Below, in pieces: positions 1-9,596 of a stretch of 64,000 nucleotides of DNA; position 1 is the first letter of the stretch, and each line of letters opens with the position of its first letter. The notes under the pieces are model-generated. The model was not told the DNA's origin and did not search any database. It saw only the letters and a program-made list of their open reading frames with translations. Source of the DNA: a virus; IMG/VR virus record IMGVR_UViG_3300038299_000184, positions 32,001 to 96,000 of that record. The stretch is one strand, 5' to 3'. The translations under genes and the position numbers were made by a program.

Positions 1-4
1 TAAT

Positions 5-808
5 ATGTTCAAACGACTAATTACAATCATCAAAGGTCTATTACTAGGTCTCCTCGGTAAAGCTGAAGCGATAAACCCTAAAGCACTTCTAGAAGTGGAG
101 GAGGAGAAACTTCGTGACACCATCCAAAAATTCAACGATCAAATCGCCTCCCATAAGGGTAAGGTCATTCAAGCTGAAGGTAAATTGGATACACTCAAGA
201 AGAGTGCTGCGGGTCTTGATAGTAAAATCAAGACATTCATAAAGATGAAAAAGATGGATCTTGCGGGTGGGTGTGTTTCGAAACTTAAAATCGTCAATAA
301 ATCCATTGTGGATCTTGAGGAGTTTATCGAAACCGCTGATGATATCTATGAAAATCTTCTAGCCGAACGTAAATTTGGTGTGGAGACAGCAAGGACTAAC
401 CTCTATGAAATCGGTAAGAGCATTGATGAAGCAGAACTCCATGAGAGTATGGCCGAGATCAAAGAGATGTCAGCAGGTTTCACTGATCAGTTGAGTAACT
501 CTGGATTAAGTCGCCTCAAGGAACAAGTTGAAGAAACGGCTGCATTGGCTAAAGGACGAGTGGAGGTAGCCACTGACTTGGCTGAATCCGAAGACCTTAC
601 AACTTCTAGGGAATTCTGTGAAGCACAGGCTAGTAACGATCTAGCAGCCTACATGGCTGAACAGGGTATTGAAGCACCTACTCCAGTAACAACCCCTGTA
701 GAAACTCTGGTAGAATCACTAACAGTACCTACAGCCCCTGTTAGTACGATGGGTCCTGATACATCATCCGATTCCAGTTACTCCCGTAGTGATACATCAA
801 CTGACTAA
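5..808 (+). CDS. pspA: PspA/IM30 (phage shock protein A) family coiled-coil protein
   Basis: MFKRL..IIKG..L.KAE..NP.ALLE N-terminus and long coiled coil typical of PspA/IM30; low-complexity P/T/S tail. Confidence 0.75.
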   Translation: MFKRLITIIKGLLLGLLGKAEAINPKALLEVEEEKLRDTIQKFNDQIASHKGKVIQAEGKLDTLKKSAAGLDSKIKTFIKMKKMDLAGGCVSKLKIVNKSIVDLEEFIETADDIYENLLAERKFGVETARTNLYEIGKSIDEAELHESMAEIKEMSAGFTDQLSNSGLSRLKEQVEETAALAKGRVEVATDLAESEDLTTSREFCEAQASNDLAAYMAEQGIEAPTPVTTPVETLVESLTVPTAPVSTMGPDTSSDSSYSRSDTSTD

Positions 809-821
809 TAGTCTTAATTTT

Positions 822-854
822 AAAAGGGTGTCGTAGAAATACGACACCCTTTTT
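822..854. terminator. Intrinsic terminator, potentially bidirectional
   Basis: AAAAGGGTGTCGTA-GAAA-TACGACACCCTTTTT perfect hairpin with A/T tracts, just after the pspA stop. Confidence 0.85.
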
Positions 855-856
855 GT

Positions 857-884
857 TTGACAAATTCCATAAGTGGTCTAGAAT
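857..884 (+). promoter_or_regulatory. Sigma70-type promoter
   Basis: TTGACA-N16-TAGAAT, 7 nt before ATG 892. Confidence 0.6.
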
Positions 885-891
885 ATGGGTC

Positions 892-1863
892 ATGATAGAT
901 ATACAATCAATCCGTGGGTTAGTACCACCAAATAAGAAGATCCGTTTTGTGGGTCTAGGCTGTGGTATGTACATTCCTCAGCTACTAATGGGGGCAGGTA
1001 GTTCAAGATGGCTACACTCTATCACCATCCCATACGCCAAGGAAGCCACTGAGGAACTATGCACCAAGAACGACTCTAAATTTGTATCTAAAGATCGCCT
1101 AGAGGATCTTATGGATAGCTTACCAGTGGTGGGTCACGATATCATAACAATCGCTGTAACTGCAAGTCTAGCCTTTGAAGGACAGCGCGAGGGTAGGATT
1201 AATAAATTCCTTATGCTTATTGAACATAATGGTGAAAGATTTTTTAAGGATATTGAGTTCTCTGGTATAAGGAGATTTACCAACACCAGAAAATTACAGG
1301 AGAAATCAATATGTCAATCAATCACAACATACTTTAGAGATAAGAGATCTGTCATTTATGCAGGAAGCTTCAACCCTATGCATGACGGACATGTTGAAAT
1401 ATGTCAACACATAAGAGACGCTAACATTACCTCACACCCTTTTGTGGTTCAACTAAGTTCAACACACCCAGAAAAGGGTACCACCCCACAAGAAGAACTG
1501 GATATTAGGGTTGCTGATGTTAGATCAAATTTTTATCGTGTATGTCTTGATTATTACGATATTGAAATTGTTGAAGCCCCTTACTATGCAAGCAAGTATG
1601 CATTATGGAAAGAGAGTTCATCACCAACAGAGTTTCTAACACTAGTGGTCGGGCATGATGTATGGGATCGTTATAAAAAGGGGTTCATTAAAAAACTTGG
1701 GGATAAGGATGATGTAGAATTTCTAGTAGTTGATCGTGGGAATAAAACACCATTTAATGATTCAGATCTTCTTGACATTATGAACCCACTGTCATACGCT
1801 CATGAAATGAAGAACGCGCACTTGAGTTCTACACAAATCAGAAACCAAACTAAATCAGAATGA
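892..1863 (+). CDS. CinA/PncC-like domain fused to HIGH-family NMN/NaMN adenylyltransferase (NMNAT)
   Basis: C-terminal half has YAGSFNPMHDGH (HxGH), VVGHD, VVDRG, LSSTQIR (NadD/NadM-like). N-terminal half has GAGSS..PY..FVS..IAVTA, resembling the CinA C-terminal fold. Start moved from 853. Confidence 0.75.
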   Translation: MIDIQSIRGLVPPNKKIRFVGLGCGMYIPQLLMGAGSSRWLHSITIPYAKEATEELCTKNDSKFVSKDRLEDLMDSLPVVGHDIITIAVTASLAFEGQREGRINKFLMLIEHNGERFFKDIEFSGIRRFTNTRKLQEKSICQSITTYFRDKRSVIYAGSFNPMHDGHVEICQHIRDANITSHPFVVQLSSTHPEKGTTPQEELDIRVADVRSNFYRVCLDYYDIEIVEAPYYASKYALWKESSSPTEFLTLVVGHDVWDRYKKGFIKKLGDKDDVEFLVVDRGNKTPFNDSDLLDIMNPLSYAHEMKNAHLSSTQIRNQTKSE

Positions 1864-2411
1864 GCGATATTGAAAACTACCCAGCAGAGGTAACCCAAGG
1901 ACCTACATTTAACAACGTACCAAATAAATCATACCAAACCACTTGTGGTAAGACCATCTGGGCATCACGTTCAGTATGTGTGTGTATCAAAGTAGTTCTT
2001 CGGGATGATGTTGGTACACCATACGTTCTTATCACAAAACGTGGTAAAGCTGTTTCCAATGAAGGTAGGTGGTGTCTCCCTTGTGGTTACATCGATTTTA
2101 ATGAAACTATCATTGAAGCGGCACAGCGCGAACTCTATGAGGAGACTGGTATCTATGTACCAACCTCGGAACTCAAAGAGTATGAAGTAATGGATACCCC
2201 TTCAAGGGATTCCCTACAGAATGTCACACACCACTTCTTGTTAGATCTCACAGTACCCGACCCAGAAGGTGTACTCCGTGGTGTTAATAAATTCATCGAA
2301 GAGGGTAAGACTAACGATGAGTCCACAGAGGCAGCTTTAGTTACTAAGCTTAATTATAAAGATTATGTTTATGCCTTCAACCACTCACAACGAGTTACCC
2401 CTACAGATTAA
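1860..2411 (+). CDS. Nudix hydrolase (ADP-ribose pyrophosphatase-like)
   Basis: Nudix box GYIDFNETIIEAAQRELYEETGI; W.LPCG and AFNH motifs; overlaps the NMNAT stop (ATGA). Confidence 0.88.
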   Translation: MSDIENYPAEVTQGPTFNNVPNKSYQTTCGKTIWASRSVCVCIKVVLRDDVGTPYVLITKRGKAVSNEGRWCLPCGYIDFNETIIEAAQRELYEETGIYVPTSELKEYEVMDTPSRDSLQNVTHHFLLDLTVPDPEGVLRGVNKFIEEGKTNDESTEAALVTKLNYKDYVYAFNHSQRVTPTD

Positions 2412-2424
2412 AGTGTAAGTTTAT

Positions 2425-2458
2425 AAAAAAGGGACACCACAGTGGTGTCCCTTTTTTT
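2425..2458. terminator. Bidirectional intrinsic terminator between convergent Nudix and portal genes
   Basis: AAAAAAGGGACACCAC-A-GTGGTGTCCCTTTTTTT. Confidence 0.85.
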
Positions 2459-2470
2459 GTGTAATTATTT

Positions 2471-4537
2471 CTAAGCCGTTGGTTCTCCCTCTTCGGGTTC
2501 CTCGACAGGTGCTTCACCTTCTGGTACTTCCTCAGCACCTTCTGGTGCTTCGTCCACAGGGGCTTCCTCAGCACCTTCAAGATCATCCAAGCCTTCATCA
2601 CCACCGAATTCTGGGGTGCCGCCTTCTAGACCATCTCCCATGTCCCCACCAAGTGCTGAACCACCACCCATATCACCACCGACACCAGCTTCAGCAGCCG
2701 CATCAGCTCTGAACTCTGGACCATTTTCAAGAACTTGTGTAATTTCCCAAGTTTTCTTAGCTTCCATCTTTCTCCATGCAAGGTGTTTCTTGATATCGTC
2801 ATCGGACATACCGAGATGTTCCTTGGCTAATAGATACACTGAGAAGAACTGGCTTGAAGCCATGCTGTTAAAGTTGTTCCATTTAAGGTCAAACTGTTGC
2901 TGCTCTCTTAGTGCTAGGAAAGTTGTTGGTAGGCTGAATAATATTTCAATATCAAATTCTCTAATCTCATACTGATCCCAGTAACTTAAACCCAATTCAT
3001 GAAGTAACTTCTCGCGCTCCTCGGGTTTGCACGATGGACGTAGGTTGTTCTTATAATAATCGAGTTCAACCAATTGTAAGTGTTGTTCAAAAATGGTTAC
3101 ATTAGATGGTTTAAGTTGTGTACCATTCTTAGTGTTCTCTGTTACCAGACGCGATTTACAACTTTCATTGTGTAATTTAATACCTTTCAACTTCAAGTGT
3201 GTAATAACACATTTCTTAAGAGCAGATGCAAATCTCTTTTGTACTGCAATAACACGTTCAGCGAACGCAAGCTCTTGCATAGTGATAGTCTGGCCATCAG
3301 ATTGTGCAGAGTCTGGGTTGAGTCGTGTAATAGGCACATGCATATCTTCATACACTTTCTGGTGGAAGTAATCTAACATACCATTAAATCCGCTACCGAA
3401 AGCTTGACTACCTGCAACTCTGGTAACACTAGCACCCTTACCGTCTTTATCGATAGGCACATAAAAATCTTCAGTGATTGAGATAGGGTCGAACTTGTCA
3501 AGTATATTACCTTTACCATCTGTACCTTTTTTCTTCTTAATACCATTAATGAAGTTTCTCATATAGTTACCCTTATCAGAATTAGACATATCACCAGTAG
3601 GTATCTGCCATAATAACCTTTCGGGACCGTTAGCAACCGCATTCATAACAATAGCCTCCTCAATAAGTGATAACTTCTTCTGGGCATCTTGACCCTTAAC
3701 GATGTATGGTATAACGACTTGATGATTACCTAAAGCCTCGTAGTCACCACTATTACAATATGTAACTTGGGAACTAGCCATCGGGATAGCATCATAAGTA
3801 GCAGTAGATTGTTGCATACGGTTAGAACGCTCGGTATATTTATTAAAGTTGGAGTTACTAGGTTTACGAAGTACGAAAGCCTCAATTTCTTCGTTGAAGT
3901 GGTTTCTATAAATTGGTTCGATAGTCTCTGGTGGTATAGACTTAACCCCTAATATACCTAGCTCTGGTTGCAGTATGGAGAACACATTCTCGAATGCAAG
4001 CTCACCAGTGGTGAGAAATTCTTTAAAGTAGTTTTGCCCACGGTCATCAAACTTGAAATAGTCTAGTACTTTAGCGATCTCTTTGTTTACGATCTCTTTA
4101 ATCTCTTCGTCGTAGTCACCCTTCAGTTTACCCACAACAGGCTCTTGCTTATCATGTGAAGCCATACATGAGATAGCTAGTTCGTGAATACATGACTCAA
4201 GTTTCTCCTGTTTGGCTAAATCTCTATAGTCATTGGTTCTGGTGAATTTGTTATCAGCCAAGCTGAATTGTAGTTGTTCACGGAATGATGGACTAGCCCA
4301 GTGTCCTAAAATGCCACCCCCGCCGTTCTTATCAGTTATCCAATCTGGTTTGATTGTAGATACTGATAACCTATCAGTTTCGCGCTCTCTAGTGTCACCA
4401 ACCCTATTCATTACACTAGCTCGGTGTATAGCTTTGTTAAGCTCCAGCTCTTGCTCTGCTTTAAGATTTTGTGTGTCTAATTGGTTGTTAGGTTCCTCAC
4501 CTCTAAGCCAATTCATTGGATTTAACATATTTCCCAT
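2471..4537 (-). CDS. gp20: T4-like portal vertex protein gp20
   Basis: YRDLA, KLSLIEEAIV....PER, EDFYVP, LDYFHQKVYEDMHVPITRL, ITMQELAF..RV..VQKRF motifs of T4 gp20; acidic G/E tail. Start at TAATTA-N5-ATG. Confidence 0.88.
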   Translation of the reverse strand: MGNMLNPMNWLRGEEPNNQLDTQNLKAEQELELNKAIHRASVMNRVGDTRERETDRLSVSTIKPDWITDKNGGGGILGHWASPSFREQLQFSLADNKFTRTNDYRDLAKQEKLESCIHELAISCMASHDKQEPVVGKLKGDYDEEIKEIVNKEIAKVLDYFKFDDRGQNYFKEFLTTGELAFENVFSILQPELGILGVKSIPPETIEPIYRNHFNEEIEAFVLRKPSNSNFNKYTERSNRMQQSTATYDAIPMASSQVTYCNSGDYEALGNHQVVIPYIVKGQDAQKKLSLIEEAIVMNAVANGPERLLWQIPTGDMSNSDKGNYMRNFINGIKKKKGTDGKGNILDKFDPISITEDFYVPIDKDGKGASVTRVAGSQAFGSGFNGMLDYFHQKVYEDMHVPITRLNPDSAQSDGQTITMQELAFAERVIAVQKRFASALKKCVITHLKLKGIKLHNESCKSRLVTENTKNGTQLKPSNVTIFEQHLQLVELDYYKNNLRPSCKPEEREKLLHELGLSYWDQYEIREFDIEILFSLPTTFLALREQQQFDLKWNNFNSMASSQFFSVYLLAKEHLGMSDDDIKKHLAWRKMEAKKTWEITQVLENGPEFRADAAAEAGVGGDMGGGSALGGDMGDGLEGGTPEFGGDEGLDDLEGAEEAPVDEAPEGAEEVPEGEAPVEEPEEGEPTA

Positions 4538-4591
4538 ATGCATAATTAGACTAAAGTGCGTAAAAGACAAGAACATTGCATAATTAAATAC

Positions 4592-5290
4592 ATGTCCAAC
4601 AAATACAAACTTCTTTACGGTAACGCAACTGAAGAAACATATAAGTCACTAGATGTCGTAACTGAGCAGTCTAACAAAGACCAACCCAAGGCAATGTACC
4701 TAGAAGGTGTGTATGGAGAGGCAGGGAAGCTCAACAAGAATGGTCGTGTTTATGACTTCGATGATGCTCTTAAGGATATCGATAGATATAACAACGAGAT
4801 TATCAAATCAAATCGTGCATATAACGAACTAAATCACCCATCTACGCCAGATATCGATCTAGAGAGAGCATGTGATAGAACTGTATCACTTAGAATGGAG
4901 AGTGATGGTACAATTATTGGTCGTTCTCTTGTTATGGATACACCAATGGGTAGAATCCAAAAGGCATTAATAGAGTCTGGTGGTTCTGTTGGTAAATCAT
5001 CCCGTGCTATGGGACAGATTGCTGAGAAGAACCATAGAGGTGACGCATGTAACTATGTTAATGGTGTTCACTACGTTTGTTTTGACTCTGTACAAGACCC
5101 TTCAGTGGGTCGTGCCCTGCCAGACGCCCTACTTGAACAACGAGAGTGGATCATTGGTGAAAACGGTGGATTCCTAGCACAACCACTCGACGATTTCCGT
5201 TCATCACTCGATAATATACCTAAAGTTAAAAGAGATATGTATATCGCTGAACAGTATATCAAGTTCATTAATGCTATTGGTAGAGTTTAA
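4592..5290 (+). CDS. gp21: T4-like prohead protease gp21
   Basis: YLEGVY..A...NKNGRVY, ELNHP, DTPMGRI...L, GKSSRAMG, DSVQDPS motifs. Confidence 0.92.
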   Translation: MSNKYKLLYGNATEETYKSLDVVTEQSNKDQPKAMYLEGVYGEAGKLNKNGRVYDFDDALKDIDRYNNEIIKSNRAYNELNHPSTPDIDLERACDRTVSLRMESDGTIIGRSLVMDTPMGRIQKALIESGGSVGKSSRAMGQIAEKNHRGDACNYVNGVHYVCFDSVQDPSVGRALPDALLEQREWIIGENGGFLAQPLDDFRSSLDNIPKVKRDMYIAEQYIKFINAIGRV

Positions 5291-6378
5291 ATAATTTCTA
5301 AACAACTAAGACTGGTAGGTGTGCATCCTTCGAGCACATCACCAGTCTTAAATATACCACAATGGCGATTGACGACACCAATCTCTACATTAGCAGCACT
5401 TAATTCGTCAGGTATAGTTATAATCATCTGGGTGTCATCGATAACCTGCCAATCTTCGAGTACATAAGCTTGGAATTCTGGGAATTCTGCACTCAATGTT
5501 TCACTCAAACAGAACGGGTTCCATGCTGATGTAGGTATTGAATAACCATCACATGGTGTTAGGAATACCCCATCTAAATCTTCGAATATACTACCATCCA
5601 CAATAACACTCTTACCACCACTAACACAAGGTGGTTTAAATCCTTTGATTGTTGGTAGTCCATTAATTGTGTATGTGTCGGCAACAACCATTTCAGACGA
5701 ATCATCATCAAAGTGGCAATTCAAATCTTGATCTATACCGATATTGTATACTATCTTCTTGATGACACCATCTCTATTAGGTTGCTCTCTGAATATCCAA
5801 CTTTCAACAGTCATACCCATATCAGCGATATAACGAATTTTATCCTCTGAACTAGTGTCTTGGGGATATGTCGTGCTGAAGTTACCATCCCAAGTGACCT
5901 TAGATCTGATCTCTTTACCTGTGTATGGCTCTTTCCATGAGATGTATATATATGGATTGAATACACTAAGGTAGTGTGCAATTATCTCCTCCATATCACT
6001 ACCTTTAGTAGTAACAATCTTTATATTGAAATTTACATCAATTGGTGTTGGTTTGTAATACTTTATCAAACCATCCTCACCAGTGTATTGCTCACTATAC
6101 ATAGTCTCGCGCTTTCCTTCGTTACGATTCACGTTGAGGGACATGCCCGACATAGTGACTGATATGACAGGGAGTTGTATTTGTCCATTGATTTGTATAG
6201 CCTCATGGATCTGACGAGTTTTGTGGCCATACTTAAGAGGGACTGCAATAGTTTGTGCAATAGTATCACGTTTACCTTTATCAGTATAGTTGTACCTATT
6301 TATCTTAACGCCATTAAGTGCTGATAGGAGGTGGAGCTTAACATGGGTTATTTCTCCATTACTGGGTTGGTGATTCAT
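5287..6378 (-). CDS. gp15: T4-like tail sheath stabiliser/completion protein gp15 with C-terminal extension
   Basis: IAVPLKYG..K, LPVISV..., PTPIDVNFNI.I, MEEIIAHYL..FNP motifs; extra ~140-aa beta-rich C-terminus. Confidence 0.7.
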   Translation of the reverse strand: MNHQPSNGEITHVKLHLLSALNGVKINRYNYTDKGKRDTIAQTIAVPLKYGHKTRQIHEAIQINGQIQLPVISVTMSGMSLNVNRNEGKRETMYSEQYTGEDGLIKYYKPTPIDVNFNIKIVTTKGSDMEEIIAHYLSVFNPYIYISWKEPYTGKEIRSKVTWDGNFSTTYPQDTSSEDKIRYIADMGMTVESWIFREQPNRDGVIKKIVYNIGIDQDLNCHFDDDSSEMVVADTYTINGLPTIKGFKPPCVSGGKSVIVDGSIFEDLDGVFLTPCDGYSIPTSAWNPFCLSETLSAEFPEFQAYVLEDWQVIDDTQMIITIPDELSAANVEIGVVNRHCGIFKTGDVLEGCTPTSLSCLEII

Positions 6379-6410
6379 ACTTTTAATTATCTCGTCACTA
6401 ATTAATAACG

Positions 6411-7184
6411 ATGGCAACTCCTCAAACATTTAACCCACTAGATAGCAACTCCTCAACTCTTGGTAATAGTTTTGACCCATTAAAGGGGGTAGGTGGTAAT
6501 ACGAATGCGGTTCAAGCATTATTAGGTTGTGATCAAACCGTTGGGACTAGGGCTTTAATGGAGGGGTTAGCAAATGAGGCAAACGAACTTTATGGCTTGG
6601 ATCTATATTACTATCGCCAAGATTACAACCCTAAGCTTGCACACCCATTATACGGTGACCAAACAGCCCCATTCCTCGGACCTTATCTAATAAAGGCTTA
6701 TGTGAACGTGAACAGTGATACTAGTCTATTATCACAGTTTGGTATTGAAAGTACTAACGATATAGACTTACAGATATCATACGAAGAGTGGAATAGTGTA
6801 TTTGGTGTTGTATCACCACAGGCTGGTGACAAGTTCGAAATCAAAGATTTGCTATGTAATAGACCAAGTGGATTTGTTAGAGCAATCTTCCAAGTGGTGT
6901 CACAGGGTGACTCTGACTTGTTCGAAGCTTCCAAGCGTTGGTTTATATCTGGACAGAGAAGCGACTTTACATGGTTGCCTAATGAGCCTAAAGAAGAGGG
7001 TGGTCAAATGGTACACAGTGATAGTATTGCTGGTATGCTTGATACACTAACACAACTGGGTGAAGAGGGTAACAGTGATAAGAACGCTCTGGATAGAAGC
7101 GTTGATGATGTCGCAGCATCGGATCTGAAAAATCCTAATGATGATGTATACGGTGGATTCTATATCGATGAAAATGATTTATAA
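6411..7184 (+). CDS. gp14: T4-like neck protein gp14
   Basis: L..EA.ELYG.DLYY.R...LYGD, LSQFGIES.NDIDL.IS, PQAGD motifs. Confidence 0.75.
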   Translation: MATPQTFNPLDSNSSTLGNSFDPLKGVGGNTNAVQALLGCDQTVGTRALMEGLANEANELYGLDLYYYRQDYNPKLAHPLYGDQTAPFLGPYLIKAYVNVNSDTSLLSQFGIESTNDIDLQISYEEWNSVFGVVSPQAGDKFEIKDLLCNRPSGFVRAIFQVVSQGDSDLFEASKRWFISGQRSDFTWLPNEPKEEGGQMVHSDSIAGMLDTLTQLGEEGNSDKNALDRSVDDVAASDLKNPNDDVYGGFYIDENDL

Positions 7185-7592
7185 TCAATCCAAGGGCGAG
7201 GTTTTCATTATATGGGCTAAGGGCTTCCTAGAGGATTCTATAAACCCACCATCCATAGAACATATATCATCTATAACCCGTGGTGTATCGGGCGAGAAGT
7301 GGTCTACATAGTTAGGCTGTTTGACTAGGGCACTCCATATGATATTAGCCGCACTAGGCGTAGCTAAACGTTTCTCGTGCCACAGGTGCCACTTGATGTC
7401 TCTACAAATGAGGTGTCGCTTCCACTTGGGTAACACCATTTTAATAGTGGTCTTGACCATATCATTATACTCGGTGTTACTACACCCCAACTCTGGGTGG
7501 TCTTCATTCTGAATCAAATTTTCATCACAGAATTGGATCATGCTCTCCACAATCTCATCTATTATCTTTGATTTACACACCGTCTTAACCAC
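7185..7592 (-). CDS. Hypothetical protein
   Basis: 135-aa ORF filling the gap; upstream TTGACT-N16-TAAGAT-N5-GTG. Confidence 0.6.
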   Translation of the reverse strand: MVKTVCKSKIIDEIVESMIQFCDENLIQNEDHPELGCSNTEYNDMVKTTIKMVLPKWKRHLICRDIKWHLWHEKRLATPSAANIIWSALVKQPNYVDHFSPDTPRVIDDICSMDGGFIESSRKPLAHIMKTSPLD

Positions 7593-7645
7593 ACACTATC
7601 TTACATTAAAGGTTGTAAAAGTCAATACTATAAATAAATATTACC

Positions 7646-8080
7646 ATGGACGATTTAGGACACTGGACTACCGAGCTTGACATACCCGATTATTTCTTTG
7701 GATTTCTTTATAGGATTACTAACACCACTAATGGCAGGATGTATCTGGGCAAGAAGCAAGCCAAGACCATGAAGAAGTTTCCACCACTTAAGGGTAAGAA
7801 ACGTGCTAGGCGTATTGAGAAGGATACTGACTGGAAGAAATATACGGGTTCTAGTAACTACCTCAATGAGGACATTGAAAAGTTTGGTAAGGACAAGTTC
7901 TCATTTGAGATCGTTAGATTTGGTGATTCCAAATCTGAGTTAGCATATCTTGAGACATACTATATCATGGTACTACATGCAGTTATCAAAGAAGAATACT
8001 ACAATGGTATTGTGAACATTAGAATAGGTGGCAATTGTAAACTCAATATCGACGATATTGACAATCTACCGACAATCTGA
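7646..8080 (+). CDS. Short GIY-YIG family nuclease
   Basis: GFLYRITNTTNGRMYLGKK, DWKKYTGSS, FSFEI...E..Y....YYN; TAAATA-N5-ATG. Confidence 0.75.
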   Translation: MDDLGHWTTELDIPDYFFGFLYRITNTTNGRMYLGKKQAKTMKKFPPLKGKKRARRIEKDTDWKKYTGSSNYLNEDIEKFGKDKFSFEIVRFGDSKSELAYLETYYIMVLHAVIKEEYYNGIVNIRIGGNCKLNIDDIDNLPTI

Positions 8081-8266
8081 TCATTTGCGTTGTTTCTTAC
8101 GCTTAGACCGTTTTTTCTTTTTGAACATAGGTTTAACTCTCCTAGCATCACCCCTTGCATATGAGTCATCGTTAGTACGACCATCTTCAATACGAGGACT
8201 ATTTTGACCACCTAATATAGCGGTGTCCATAATCTCATTAATCACCTTCTGAAATTTACTTTCCAT
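8081..8266 (-). CDS. Small late protein with basic C-terminus
   Basis: 61 aa; MESKFQKVINE N-terminus; DSYARGDARR; TAATTA-N5-ATG. Confidence 0.65.
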   Translation of the reverse strand: MESKFQKVINEIMDTAILGGQNSPRIEDGRTNDDSYARGDARRVKPMFKKKKRSKRKKQRK

Positions 8267-8301
8267 GTGATTAATTAGTCCCTCGAAGTATAATTAAGTA
8301 C

Positions 8302-8625
8302 ATGTCTCAAGAACAGCCTCAAAGTACCAGACCAGAGCTAAATTGGTGGAGTAGGATTATACAAAACCAGTTGGCTACTATAATCGCACTTATATTCATG
8401 TGTGGTGGTCTATATGTTAAGATAGGTGTCATGGAGGAAAACCTTCATGAGATGAAGGAGGAGCTTAAACTTGTTAGACAGTTAGATAAAGCAAATGAAT
8501 TGTTAAAGATTCGGGTTAATAATCTGGAAGAGTTTAAAAGATCGGTTGAACAATGGAAAAGGGATGAGGCTATGAGGAAACTTGACGAGGCCCTTAGGGA
8601 AAATGGTGGGTCTAAAAACGAGTAG
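8302..8625 (+). CDS. Small single-TM coiled-coil late protein (possibly lysis-related)
   Basis: Hydrophobic LATIIALIFMCGGLYV followed by coiled coil; TAATTA-N5-ATG. Confidence 0.55.
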   Translation: MSQEQPQSTRPELNWWSRIIQNQLATIIALIFMCGGLYVKIGVMEENLHEMKEELKLVRQLDKANELLKIRVNNLEEFKRSVEQWKRDEAMRKLDEALRENGGSKNE

Positions 8626-8682
8626 TTTTACTTATTTTACACATTTTATCATTTTTACACAACAACAGACCTAATTAAAAAC

Positions 8683-9561
8683 ATGGAAGATAAATTCTTT
8701 AAAGATGTATTTGGAGACCAAGAGGGTGTTCTAAGTGAAAGTGCTCAAGGATTGGTTCTTGAAGCATTCAATAAGAAGGTGGACGAATTAACAACTGAGC
8801 GAGTTGATTTAGCACTTGAAGCTCAAGATATCGAACATAAGGATATGCTTCAAATCATTGTTGAAAAATACCAGAACAAAATTGACACTGAGAAGGCACA
8901 ACTTACAGAACAGATCGATGAAGATCATGCTAAGGTGGTAGAGGAAACTTTCGCCAAGTTGGAGGCAGACCGTGTTAATAAAATGGTACAGGTTAAAGAC
9001 CACTACGAAACACAATTGAACGAAGGAGTTTCGACACATGTTTCCACTCTAGTAGAGGGTGTTGACGCTTACCTCAACTCATTCCTTGATAAACACATCC
9101 CAGCAGACATGATCAAAGAGTCTGCTAAGAAGGATTATAGCAAGGATCTTCTTAAGAAAATTTCAAAGATTGTTACCATCGACGAATCAGTATCCACGGA
9201 CATCCGTGAGGGTATGATCGATGCCAATAAAACAATCACAGAACAGAAGCAGGAAATCGAAGGTCTCAAACGTGAGAAACTTCTTTCCGAAAAACTTACC
9301 AACCTCCCGATCCTTGAACAACAGTTCATCCGTGAGAGCTTTAAAGGTAAAACTGTAGACCATATCGGAAGGAATTTCGATTTTGTTCGCACATTATTCT
9401 CTGAGGGCGTTGCTGCACAGCAGACTTCGTCCCAAAATGTTGATCGTCCAATTGAGGTAGTCCTAGAGTCTACTAAGGTTAGCGAAGAAGGAGAGGTCAC
9501 TATCAACCCTGCGATGGCGGGATGGGTAGATTCAGTCGCAAACACAGGAATTTACGACTAA
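8683..9561 (+). CDS. gp22: T4-like prohead core scaffold protein gp22
   Basis: Acidic coiled coil directly upstream of the capsid gene; LSE...LEAF..KV and LVEGVDAYL motifs. Confidence 0.8.
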   Translation: MEDKFFKDVFGDQEGVLSESAQGLVLEAFNKKVDELTTERVDLALEAQDIEHKDMLQIIVEKYQNKIDTEKAQLTEQIDEDHAKVVEETFAKLEADRVNKMVQVKDHYETQLNEGVSTHVSTLVEGVDAYLNSFLDKHIPADMIKESAKKDYSKDLLKKISKIVTIDESVSTDIREGMIDANKTITEQKQEIEGLKREKLLSEKLTNLPILEQQFIRESFKGKTVDHIGRNFDFVRTLFSEGVAAQQTSSQNVDRPIEVVLESTKVSEEGEVTINPAMAGWVDSVANTGIYD

Positions 9562-9596
9562 GTTAGATAATTACTAACAACTATAATATATTTATT

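Noticed and set aside
2479-4583. Alternative-frame and antisense ORFs overlapping portal (and similar shadows over capsid, NAMPT, ClpX, CCA and the repeat genes)
   Set aside because: They lie wholly within well-supported genes and lack promoters or recognisable motifs; typical shadow ORFs.
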